From the NCBI GenBank assembly GCA_029776205.1, contig JAKOTQ010000096.1:101771-133770 (forward strand): a stretch of 32,000 bases of DNA, given 5' to 3'. Under the pieces are notes generated by a model, which saw nothing but the letters and a program-made list of their open reading frames with translations, made no database searches and was not told the origin of the DNA. Of the stretch, positions 1-7,361 are shown piece by piece (position 1 is the stretch's first letter; each line of letters starts with the position of its first letter). Source of the DNA: Bacillota bacterium (GTDB lineage: Bacteria; Bacillota; UBA4882; UBA8346). The position numbers and the translations under genes are program-made.

Positions 1-440
1 CGTACCAAGGCAAATTTAGTCGGGATGCTGAAAGCATTGCCATAGGACATTGCCCCCAGCACAATCGGCATCTCCAAAGATAAGGGCCGTTTAGCCCGGG
101 GCCCAAGTACTACCGAGGTATCCACTTCAATATCCTCAGCCAGAGGTTTTAATGCATAATATCCGGCAGCAAAATGAAGCAGATGAAAATCAAAATGATG
201 TAGAGGACTGCCAAAAGGCCGAGAAAGAGGTTCCCCGCTTTCCGCCCGGAGGAACGCTTCAAAAAAATCGGGCCATCCTAATTTTTTCGCCAAATTCAAA
301 TTTTCATAGATTTTCCTGGATTTTAAAAATTTCATCAAAGCCTTTGCCATCTGGCGACGCAATAAAAAAACACTGATGCAACCCATCACCGCTAGACTGC
401 TCAGTAAAGTCAGGCAAGCGATCAAAAGCATTTTAAACAT
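1..440 (-). CDS. FMN-binding glutamate-synthase-family protein, N-terminal part (CDS runs off the left window edge)
   Basis: Minus-strand ATG at 440-438 has GGAGG about 6 nt upstream and overlaps the stop of the upstream gene by 8 nt (ATGTTTAA). The translation reads MFKMLLIACLTLLSSLAVMG...SRPFGSPLHHFDF...VLGPRAKRPLSLEMPIVLGAMSYGNAF. This is collinear with the N-terminus of the neighbouring 474-aa paralog (RPFGSPLHLSPW...IGPKANRPLIISMPIMISGMSYGFG). It is absent from the ORF track because the ORF is open at the edge. Confidence 0.6.
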   Translation of the reverse strand, partial: MFKMLLIACLTLLSSLAVMGCISVFLLRRQMAKALMKFLKSRKIYENLNLAKKLGWPDFFEAFLRAESGEPLSRPFGSPLHHFDFHLLHFAAGYYALKPLAEDIEVDTSVVLGPRAKRPLSLEMPIVLGAMSYGNAFSIPTKFALV

Positions 441-1857
441 GGATCTCCTCCCGATATCCCGGTGGGAATAAAGCCAATTCAGCGCCTGTCATCTGAGCAA
501 CTTCCGGGCTAAGGGCAGATAAATCTTTCACCGAAAGGTCAGCGTACGAACATCTCCCCATGGCCCGCATGGCTAAAATCATCTCCTCATGACAACTGGT
601 GAGAAACCGGGCTATATTCTCAGCCCCTTCATCCGGATCCAGACAGTTTTTAAACTTGCCCTGCTCATAGACAAGCTCGGTAGGAGGTTCCCAGGGAATT
701 ACTTGGGTTAACTGTAAATGGGCCATGACGACGACAGCGATGGTCCCGATATTCACAACATCTGCCCCCAAAGCCAATGCTTTTAAAAACTGGCCGGGGG
801 TATACAATCCTCCGGAAACAATTAATGAAATCCGTTTTTTTAATCCATGTTGGCGAAGATAAGCAGCCGCTCGACATAATGCAGGCAATGTCGGTAACCC
901 GGTATCATCAGCCAAAATAGCCGGTCCATAGTTAATCCCCGCCTCCGCTCCGTCGATGGTAATAAAATCAATACCGGCACTCGTGATAATATCCAATTCT
1001 CTCTCTAAAAAATGGGTCGCCCCAATTTTAACCCCTATCGGTACACCATTTGTCAGTTCCCGTAAATATTCCACTATCCGTTTGAGCCCTTTACGATCAC
1101 GAGCCCCTTCTAACTGAGTCGTCATTATCAACTCTTCTCCGGGAGCCAATCTCAAATACTCCCGCAAGTCGTCACTAATATGGTTTGCAGACACCGTAAT
1201 CGGAGCAGAAGCCAAAGCACCATATCCTAGCTGAATTTCAATGGCATCCGCCTGGCGGAGAATCCCTTCTTCCTTTCCCCAAGAGCCTCGGTGATATTGA
1301 ATAATCAATCGTCTCGTAGCTTTTCGTTCTTCCGGTAGAAACGGCCCGACACCGGTGTTGCTAGCCGTATTTACTTTATCCGCTCCCTTCGCCAGAGCGA
1401 GTTTGGCTTGGAGAGACAATCCAAACCCATAGGACATTCCACTTATCATGATAGGCATACTGATAATCAAGGGCCGATTGGCTTTCGGGCCGATCACAGT
1501 TTCCGTACTGACCTTAGCTGATTCTAACAGGGGTTCCCGCGAAAGATAGACTGGATTTAACATCAGCTTGTCCCATGGTGACAAATGTAAAGGTGAGCCA
1601 AAGGGCCTATCCAAAGGCCCACCATTTCCACGAAGATCGGCCTCCAATACATTTTGAACGCCGACCTTCTTAAAAACATTGAGCATCTCTGCAATATTTT
1701 CCGGATACGGATCTGTCAATAGCCGTTTCGTAAACGTATCGACAAAGATATTGATTAACGGGCGCCACAACAATAACATTAATAATCCGGCGAGAACCAG
1801 CACAATACCATATGCCAAGATCAGTTGCCATGTTAGACTCATCTGTCTATCCTCCAC
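433..1857 (-). CDS. Membrane-anchored FMN-binding glutamate synthase family protein (GltB domain-2-like oxidoreductase)
   Basis: 474-aa ORF with an N-terminal TM helix (LILAYGIVLVLAGLLMLLLW). It carries GltB FMN/TIM-barrel type motifs: PIMISGMSYG, IEIQLGYGA, FITIDGAEAG, SLIVSGGLYTPGQFLKALALGADVVNIG. Confidence 0.85.
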   Translation of the reverse strand: MEDRQMSLTWQLILAYGIVLVLAGLLMLLLWRPLINIFVDTFTKRLLTDPYPENIAEMLNVFKKVGVQNVLEADLRGNGGPLDRPFGSPLHLSPWDKLMLNPVYLSREPLLESAKVSTETVIGPKANRPLIISMPIMISGMSYGFGLSLQAKLALAKGADKVNTASNTGVGPFLPEERKATRRLIIQYHRGSWGKEEGILRQADAIEIQLGYGALASAPITVSANHISDDLREYLRLAPGEELIMTTQLEGARDRKGLKRIVEYLRELTNGVPIGVKIGATHFLERELDIITSAGIDFITIDGAEAGINYGPAILADDTGLPTLPALCRAAAYLRQHGLKKRISLIVSGGLYTPGQFLKALALGADVVNIGTIAVVVMAHLQLTQVIPWEPPTELVYEQGKFKNCLDPDEGAENIARFLTSCHEEMILAMRAMGRCSYADLSVKDLSALSPEVAQMTGAELALFPPGYREEIHV

Positions 1858-1931
1858 TACATATTGCTCTTAGTATTACCCCTTTCAGTGATTCAAAACC
1901 TTAAAGTCCCCACATCAAGCCTTGACAAACC

Positions 1932-1955
1932 AAAAAAATACCGGGGAATACCCGG
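1932..1955 (-). terminator. Putative intrinsic terminator after cotJC
   Basis: On the minus strand there is a short GC hairpin (ccggg-tattc-cccgg, plus coordinates 1941-1955). It is followed by tattttttt (plus-strand A-run 1932-1938). The element lies 30 nt after the cotJC stop. The stem is only 5 bp. Confidence 0.4.
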
Positions 1956-1985
1956 CATTTTGAATAAAATCTATTCATTTTCCAC

Positions 1986-2558
1986 TTAAAAGATATGTTT
2001 ACTGTTCTGATACTCCTGAACCAAATCCAATGCTTCACCAAACCGTTGAAAATGAACAATCTCCCGCACTCTTAAAAAGTTCAACGTATCAATGAGATCC
2101 GGATCATCGGTTAAATCAATAAGCCATTGATAGGTTGCCCGTGCTTTTTCTTCAGCCGCCATATCTTCATGCAAATCGGCTACCGGATCACCTTTGGCCT
2201 GAATATAAGTCGCTGTCCATGGATTTCCCGTCGCATCCACATAGTAAAGGGCATTGTCATGATCAGCATAATGCCCGCCCAAACCAGCCCGTTCCATTTC
2301 CTCAGGAGAGGCATCTTTAGTCAGTTTGTAAACCAAAGTAGCGATGATTTCCAGGTGGGCCATTTCCTCCGTGCCGATATCGGTTAAAATAGCCTTGGTC
2401 ACATTCGTCGGCATACTGTACCGTTGATTCAAATATCGTAATGCGGCTGACAGTTCACCGTCCGGCCCGCCATATTGGGTAACTAAGTATTTGGCCATTC
2501 TCAGATCAGTCTTGCCGACCTTTGCCGGATACTGTAATTTTTTCTCATAGATCCACAT
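1986..2558 (-). CDS. cotJC: Spore coat protein CotJC (manganese catalase family)
   Basis: 190 aa. It starts MWIYEKKLQYPAKVG..., a typical CotJC N-terminus. Di-metal ferritin-like motifs are present (GELSAALRYLNQRY, EEMAHLE). It sits last in a cotJA-B-C arrangement. Confidence 0.9.
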   Translation of the reverse strand: MWIYEKKLQYPAKVGKTDLRMAKYLVTQYGGPDGELSAALRYLNQRYSMPTNVTKAILTDIGTEEMAHLEIIATLVYKLTKDASPEEMERAGLGGHYADHDNALYYVDATGNPWTATYIQAKGDPVADLHEDMAAEEKARATYQWLIDLTDDPDLIDTLNFLRVREIVHFQRFGEALDLVQEYQNSKHIF

Positions 2559-2570
2559 CGTTCAATCCTC

Positions 2571-2825
2571 CTAGTATTCGATTTCCCACGGCCACGGATC
2601 ATCGATCCAGTTCCAACAGGGTTGACGGGCGGTATCATCCACAATCAACGGACCGTAATTCCTGGTATAGATCTCTTTCTGCTGCTCCAATTCTCTGACA
2701 GTATTGACAAAATCCATGAATGCCCTTTGATCCCCTGGATGAGTATCTAAATATAAATTAAATTCGATCGCAGTAAATTCCAACGCTTGAATTCGCTTTA
2801 ATAACTCTAACTGTTCACGCTGCAT
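2571..2825 (-). CDS. cotJB: Spore coat protein CotJB
   Basis: Translation reads MQREQLELLKRIQALEFTAIEFNLYLDTHPGD...YGPL, the CotJB signature. I prefer the ATG at 2825 because GGAGGGG lies 5 nt upstream and it sits 1 nt after the cotJA stop. That gives about 84 aa, versus the longer ORF-track start at 2852. Confidence 0.85.
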   Translation of the reverse strand: MQREQLELLKRIQALEFTAIEFNLYLDTHPGDQRAFMDFVNTVRELEQQKEIYTRNYGPLIVDDTARQPCWNWIDDPWPWEIEY

Positions 2826-2826
2826 A

Positions 2827-2985
2827 TTAACCCCTCCGTCTGTCGCGACCATAATAAGGCCGATATAATTCGGGGAATATGGTTCCCATCATTAAGCCTT
2901 TCGTCGGATCCCAACGATTCACATATGTTTGAAACGGCACATAGGCCTGTGCCAATCGTAACATAATCGGGTTCATATCATTCAT
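2827..2985 (-). CDS. cotJA: Spore coat-associated protein CotJA
   Basis: Contains the conserved CotJA core LAQAYVPFQTYVNRWDPTKGLMMGTIFPELYRPY. The ATG at 2985 has GGAGG 7 nt upstream. The ORF-track start at 3012 has no SD and would lie inside the putative promoter. Confidence 0.75.
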   Translation of the reverse strand: MNDMNPIMLRLAQAYVPFQTYVNRWDPTKGLMMGTIFPELYRPYYGRDRRRG

Positions 2986-3016
2986 AGTTGAACCTCCTTG
3001 GTCTTTTGTCATAGTT

Positions 3017-3045
3017 TATTCATGGATCCGGCCAAAAGAATATAG
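3017..3045 (-). promoter_or_regulatory. Possible sigma-E-type sporulation promoter of cotJABC
   Basis: The minus strand reads ctATATT, then 14 nt, then CATGAATA. The sigma-E consensus is kmATAww-14-CATACAhT. The predicted TSS would be about 25 nt before the 2985 ATG. B. subtilis cotJ is sigma-E dependent. The -10 match is only partial. Confidence 0.3.
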
Positions 3046-3077
3046 GCATAAGTCCCGATTCTATAGGAAAAAAGCAT

Positions 3078-3112
3078 AAAAAAAAGCCCCGTCACATAAA
3101 GTGAATCGGGAC
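3078..3112 (-). terminator. Putative intrinsic terminator after the Cys-rich ORF
   Basis: In the minus-strand RNA, GUCCCG (3112-3107) pairs with CGGGGC (3091-3086), including one G-U pair, around a 15-nt loop. A run of 8 U follows immediately (plus-strand A-run 3078-3085). Confidence 0.45.
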
Positions 3113-3152
3113 TTTTAGATTTTAATGATATCATTGCAGGAACTAATAATTA

Positions 3153-3353
3153 TTAATTCTTTGAGGAATCATCCTTCCGTTTTGTCTTAAGTTCTTCCGG
3201 AAGAATAATTTCCGTTATTTCGATGGCCCGAAAATCTGCATCACCTAAGCATCGGCAACAATTATCACAAATCTTTTCCTCATCCAAATCACACCGTTCA
3301 CACCCGCCACATTCTCGGCAGATCTGCCCAGCTTCCAAAATACACTCTTTCAA
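3153..3353 (-). CDS. Small cysteine-rich protein (9 Cys in the first 35 residues), function unknown
   Basis: 66-aa ORF MKECILEAGQICRECGGCERCDLDEEKICDNCCRC... with a CxxCxxCxxC core and a CxxCCxC motif, followed by an acidic/basic tail. It has its own terminator. I do not recognise the family. Confidence 0.55.
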   Translation of the reverse strand: MKECILEAGQICRECGGCERCDLDEEKICDNCCRCLGDADFRAIEITEIILPEELKTKRKDDSSKN

Positions 3354-3441
3354 AGAAATCGCCTCTTTCCTGGAGAAATTCAGCCCGCCAAAAAGGTTTT
3401 CCTGTTTTCAACGCGAAAATATTCAAAATGGAGGGATCAGG

Positions 3442-3714
3442 ATGCTCTATGCTGCGTCAGTCAAAATTACCCATGGCAAGAACCAGCGTCGGCTTGATTT
3501 GGTGGTTGAAGCTGTTTCTCCCGAAGAAGCAGAAACCAAGGCTCTCAAACAAGCCCGCAAAATGTATTGCCCCGGTAAAAAAGCAATTTATACCATAATG
3601 ACATTAATCGACGAAACCGAAGCCATGGCCGCATTTAACAGCCCCTCTTCCCAAGTTCCGGAGGAAACGGCTTCGGCTCAACAGGATGAGGACCCATACT
3701 CCCACGACCTCTAG
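3442..3714 (+). CDS. Hypothetical protein (90 aa)
   Basis: The ATG at 3442 is preceded by GGAGGG. The translation is MLYAASVKITHGKNQRRLDLVVEAVSPEEAETKALKQARKMY.... The upstream part of the ORF-track frame (from 3223) is antisense to the Cys-rich gene and is unlikely to be translated. Confidence 0.45.
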   Translation: MLYAASVKITHGKNQRRLDLVVEAVSPEEAETKALKQARKMYCPGKKAIYTIMTLIDETEAMAAFNSPSSQVPEETASAQQDEDPYSHDL

Positions 3715-3726
3715 TCAATGGGAGGT

Positions 3727-4650
3727 TTATGCTTCAACACTCCCCACTCTTCCCTGACGAAAGGCGTCAGCCATCGCTTTGGGTACTTCCGCTTCCGCTG
3801 CAACCACTTTCGCGCGCATTTCCTGCACAGCCGCTTTCATCTCCTGTTCTTTAGCTACAGCCATCGCCCGGCGTTCCTCCGCCTTCGCTTGGGCAATCCG
3901 TTTGTCGGCTTCTGCCTGGTCCATTTGCAGCTGAGCTCCGATATTCCGCCCCACATCAATATCGGCGATATCAATGGAAAGAATTTCAAAAGCCGTCCCT
4001 GCATCCAATCCCTTTTGCAATACCGTCCTGGAAATAGCATCGGGATTCTCTAAAACCTCTTTATGAGTCTCACTGGAACCAACTGTGGTGACGATTCCTT
4101 CGCCGACTCGGGCAATAATCGTCTCCTCCCCGGCACCACCGACCAAGCGGTCAATATTTGCCCTCACTGTTACCCGGGCTTTCACCTTAAGTTCAATGCC
4201 ATCTTTAGCAATGGCCGCTACCACCGGAGTTTCTATAACTCTGGGATTAACACTCATCTGCACTGCTTGGAGCACATCCCGACCTGCCAAATCAATGGCA
4301 GCTGCCCGTTCAAACTCTAACGGAATATTCGCCCGTTGCGCAGCAATTAACGCATTGACCACCCGGTCCACATTTCCACCGGCCAAATAATGGGCCTCCA
4401 GTTTATTGGTGGATACCTCCAATCCCGCCTTGACCGCTTTAATCATCGGGTTCACTATCTTCGATGGAATGACTCGTCTCAGCCGCATCCCAATCAGGTT
4501 AAAAATGCCGATAGGAACTCCGGCAGCGAAGGCTGAAATCCACAACCCAATCGGAAAAAAACTTAAAAAAACAGATGATACAACGAAAAATAAGATAGCT
4601 ACGATAAAAATACCAAACAGATCAAGCGGCAATGGAAACTCCCCTTTCAA
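3727..4650 (-). CDS. floA: Flotillin-like protein FloA (UPF0365/YqfA family)
   Basis: Long collinear similarity to B. subtilis FloA: [136 protein letters not shown] start overlaps the NfeD stop (TTGA). Confidence 0.92.
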   Translation of the reverse strand: MKGEFPLPLDLFGIFIVAILFFVVSSVFLSFFPIGLWISAFAAGVPIGIFNLIGMRLRRVIPSKIVNPMIKAVKAGLEVSTNKLEAHYLAGGNVDRVVNALIAAQRANIPLEFERAAAIDLAGRDVLQAVQMSVNPRVIETPVVAAIAKDGIELKVKARVTVRANIDRLVGGAGEETIIARVGEGIVTTVGSSETHKEVLENPDAISRTVLQKGLDAGTAFEILSIDIADIDVGRNIGAQLQMDQAEADKRIAQAKAEERRAMAVAKEQEMKAAVQEMRAKVVAAEAEVPKAMADAFRQGRVGSVEA

Positions 4651-5150
4651 TCCCGAACTTCCTGAACAACCACCCGGCGTCCTTCAGTTTTAACCACCGT
4701 CACCTTTCGTCCTTTTTCAATATATTCACCTTCTGAAACAACATCAAGCTTGACCCGGTCTATTTCAGCAATACCGGCAGGACGTAAAGTCGTCAGCGTG
4801 ATACCTTCTTTCCCCAGATATTCCTGAAGATCCTCGGTTCCGCTGTAGCCCGATTCTTTCCGAAGAGATTCCGTCAACACCAACGTTTTAGCCAACCGCC
4901 CCTCTTTGGCTGACTGAAGAACCATTTTGAGGACAACCCCCAAGATGACTAAGATAATTCCCACGAGCACCAAAGCTTCAAGAACCGACGTCGCAGTCAT
5001 GGAAACGGCAAAAAACAATAAAATAACGCCGGTAACCCCGGGAACTCCAAAGCCCGGATGAAACATTTCCACCACAATCAAAACTAAACCAAAGATAAAA
5101 AATAAAGCCGAAATAATTGTGAAATGATCAATAAAACCTAATAAATCCAT
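4647..5150 (-). CDS. NfeD-family membrane protein (flotillin partner)
   Basis: 167 aa with 3-4 N-terminal TM helices and a C-terminal OB-like soluble domain ([32 protein letters not shown]). It sits immediately upstream of floA and is translationally coupled to it, as in the B. subtilis nfeD2-floA operon. Confidence 0.8.
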   Translation of the reverse strand: MDLLGFIDHFTIISALFFIFGLVLIVVEMFHPGFGVPGVTGVILLFFAVSMTATSVLEALVLVGIILVILGVVLKMVLQSAKEGRLAKTLVLTESLRKESGYSGTEDLQEYLGKEGITLTTLRPAGIAEIDRVKLDVVSEGEYIEKGRKVTVVKTEGRRVVVQEVRD

Positions 5151-5167
5151 CCGGTCACCCGCTTTCC

Positions 5168-6424
5168 CTAAAATTTTATCCCAAAGGACAATTCCAGAGA
5201 ATCTTCGGCATGATCATAACTGAGCTCGGTCTTAAAGCAACAAGATTCTTTGGAAATAGAATAAATTTGATGGATCCAGCCGGTATCATCACTATTATAT
5301 ACGCCGTTCAATCCTACCATATGTCCGTCTCCAAAGGGCAACCGCAGATCATACAACCAGTTATCCCCCAAGCCGTAATCCTCCATCAAATCGCCATATT
5401 CCCGTGAGGTATGCGAATCAATCCTCAAATAACTTAACGTAACATTGGAGGAGAGCTTGTAATCCAACTGCCAACCTGTATAAAAACCGCCATATTCCTG
5501 AAATTCTTCAGTTTTACTGACTTCTCTGGCCAAAGCGCTTACCTGCCATGAACCCCATGAAGTCTCCCAATATTTCCGGGTCACCTTAGCTCCATACTGT
5601 TTTTCTCCACCCGCTGAAAAGTCATGGAATACATCAAGAGTAAACAACCAATTGGAATCATCATAGACCAGTTTATCGATAAATGCCCAACCGGCATCCG
5701 AACTATACTCAAATTTCAATTGATTTTGCAGTCCCTGATGATTTGATTCCCAACCAATGCCTAACGTTGACTCACCATGAACAGACAAATCTCCGTCAAT
5801 AACCAAACCTGAATTCGCAGTAAGTTCGGCAAGATAATCAAAGGCATACTTCAATCCATCATCATTGCTGTAACCGATACGGAATTCCGGCATCTTACGA
5901 TCTAAATTTAATGTCAACCGCGGTAAATAAAAAACGGGAACTTCCTTGATTTTTAAAACAACGCGTTCCAGATGAATCTTTTCCCCTTCAATCGTCACTT
6001 CTTTCGCAGAAATATGATAATGAGGGTGGTCAAGTTCACACCGGGTCAAAGCAACCCCTGATATCGTCGATTTTTCATCGGAAAGAGTGACTGAAGTCCC
6101 AGATAATTGGATATTACGTTCTGAATAAATGGTTCCATTAAAAGCGGTCATTACTCCAGACGATTTTTGCATATCATAGGTGATAGATTCGGTATGATAA
6201 ACCATATCACCGGTGGTTACCTTCACTGATCCTGTGGCTTCAATGACACCGGTCTCTGTATCATAGGTTACATCATCCGCTTCGATCCGAATCTTTTCTC
6301 CATTGATGATCACTCTTTCGGAAACTTCGCTTCCGTCAGTTGCGGCAACACAACTTCCAACAGCGAAAACCAGTATCGAAACCACAATTACGACTTTGAT
6401 GTTTAAGAATTTAATTATCATCAA
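5168..6424 (-). CDS. Compact LptD-like LPS-assembly outer-membrane protein (OstA-like N-domain plus small beta-barrel)
   Basis: A signal sequence is present. An OstA/LptD jellyroll-like N-domain follows (IRIEADDVTYDTETGVIEATGSVKV..., ...LTRCELDHPHYHISAKEVTIEG...VPVFYLPRL), matching the LptD TxC...W.i.A..i...PvfY.P signature. The C-terminal half has alternating hydrophobic beta-strand patterns and ends in a C-terminal Phe (SFGIKF), the OMP beta-signal. Confidence 0.65.
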   Translation of the reverse strand: MMIIKFLNIKVVIVVSILVFAVGSCVAATDGSEVSERVIINGEKIRIEADDVTYDTETGVIEATGSVKVTTGDMVYHTESITYDMQKSSGVMTAFNGTIYSERNIQLSGTSVTLSDEKSTISGVALTRCELDHPHYHISAKEVTIEGEKIHLERVVLKIKEVPVFYLPRLTLNLDRKMPEFRIGYSNDDGLKYAFDYLAELTANSGLVIDGDLSVHGESTLGIGWESNHQGLQNQLKFEYSSDAGWAFIDKLVYDDSNWLFTLDVFHDFSAGGEKQYGAKVTRKYWETSWGSWQVSALAREVSKTEEFQEYGGFYTGWQLDYKLSSNVTLSYLRIDSHTSREYGDLMEDYGLGDNWLYDLRLPFGDGHMVGLNGVYNSDDTGWIHQIYSISKESCCFKTELSYDHAEDSLELSFGIKF

Positions 6425-6431
6425 CCTCCGG

Positions 6432-7349
6432 TCATTCTAATAACGTAAATACCCGAACCGATTCTGTAACTTCCAAATAAAACTCGGTATCTGTCGGAAT
6501 TTCTCTCTCCTTCCCTTTGACCGCTAAACCAATCAAAATACCTTCCGGGCCAAAGGCTAACATTCCCGCAGTACTGGCTCCAACAACCCAACGTCGGGAA
6601 TGGCCACTATCTCGAGCCTTTAAACTATAGCCCACTTTAACCGACGTCCCGTCTAATGCCCGTATTTCACGAAAATCCAAGGTTAAACGGGCATCATTTC
6701 CTAATTTCTCAGGGCGTTTAACGGTTTTTAAAACGCCCCGGCCAATCATTCCCACCGGAAAAATCACTTGTCGGCCTTGATAGACCGTCTCCATGACTTC
6801 GTAACGAAATTCATCGCCAACTTTATTGGTTGCCGAATGAATCGGATCAATCATTTTCACTTTAACCCGAAGGCCTTCCGGTATTGTCACCCAGGCGCTT
6901 TTTACCACCCCGTCAGGGAAGATTTGACTGATTAACTTCTCCAGCCGCTGATTTAAAGGCCCATTAAACTTACGTTGAAATAAGGTCATTTCGATATTAC
7001 CGGTTCTGTCAATCAGCGCTCCGGAATCAGACGCTTTATAAATCAGCCATTCCAATGCCTGAACTTTATAAATTAACGAAATATCATGGGGCTTATTGAC
7101 AAACATTAATTGATCAAGATATGTCAGGCGTTTCACCAGATTTTCATCGCGGTTTTTCCCAATCAATGTTTCTTCCAGCCGATTCAACCGCTCAAACACC
7201 CCACCCTTACTAGGGCTGCCATAGGTTTCCGTTTCTAACCGATCAAGCCATTCCAATGGATTTTGAGCTGAAGTTTCAGCAAAAGCCAGAGCCGTTGCCA
7301 ACAAAATGGCAATCATCCCTACCAGCGCTATCCTGCCTACCCTGTTCAT
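6432..7349 (-). CDS. Secreted/periplasmic protein of unknown function
   Basis: 305 aa. It has an SPase-I type signal peptide (...LATALAFA/ETSAQ) with no lipobox Cys. The N-terminal half carries repeated RL..LE helical motifs (LDRLETETYG, LNRLEETLIG, NQRLEKLISQIF). The C-terminal half is beta-rich. It lies 7 nt upstream of the LptD-like gene. Confidence 0.7.
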   Translation of the reverse strand: MNRVGRIALVGMIAILLATALAFAETSAQNPLEWLDRLETETYGSPSKGGVFERLNRLEETLIGKNRDENLVKRLTYLDQLMFVNKPHDISLIYKVQALEWLIYKASDSGALIDRTGNIEMTLFQRKFNGPLNQRLEKLISQIFPDGVVKSAWVTIPEGLRVKVKMIDPIHSATNKVGDEFRYEVMETVYQGRQVIFPVGMIGRGVLKTVKRPEKLGNDARLTLDFREIRALDGTSVKVGYSLKARDSGHSRRWVVGASTAGMLAFGPEGILIGLAVKGKEREIPTDTEFYLEVTESVRVFTLLE

Positions 7350-7361
7350 TTGTCCCCCTCT

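Noticed and set aside
152-376. 74-aa plus-strand ORF at the left edge
   Set aside because: It lies antisense to a well-supported minus-strand CDS, the GltB-like paralog, which has clear homology to its neighbour. It has no SD and a low-complexity translation.
3718-4693. Several plus-strand ORFs (3718-4053, 4063-4320, 4085-4390, 4406-4693)
   Set aside because: All are antisense to floA, whose translation matches B. subtilis FloA along its whole length. The antisense translations are low-complexity and rich in Pro/Ser/Arg.
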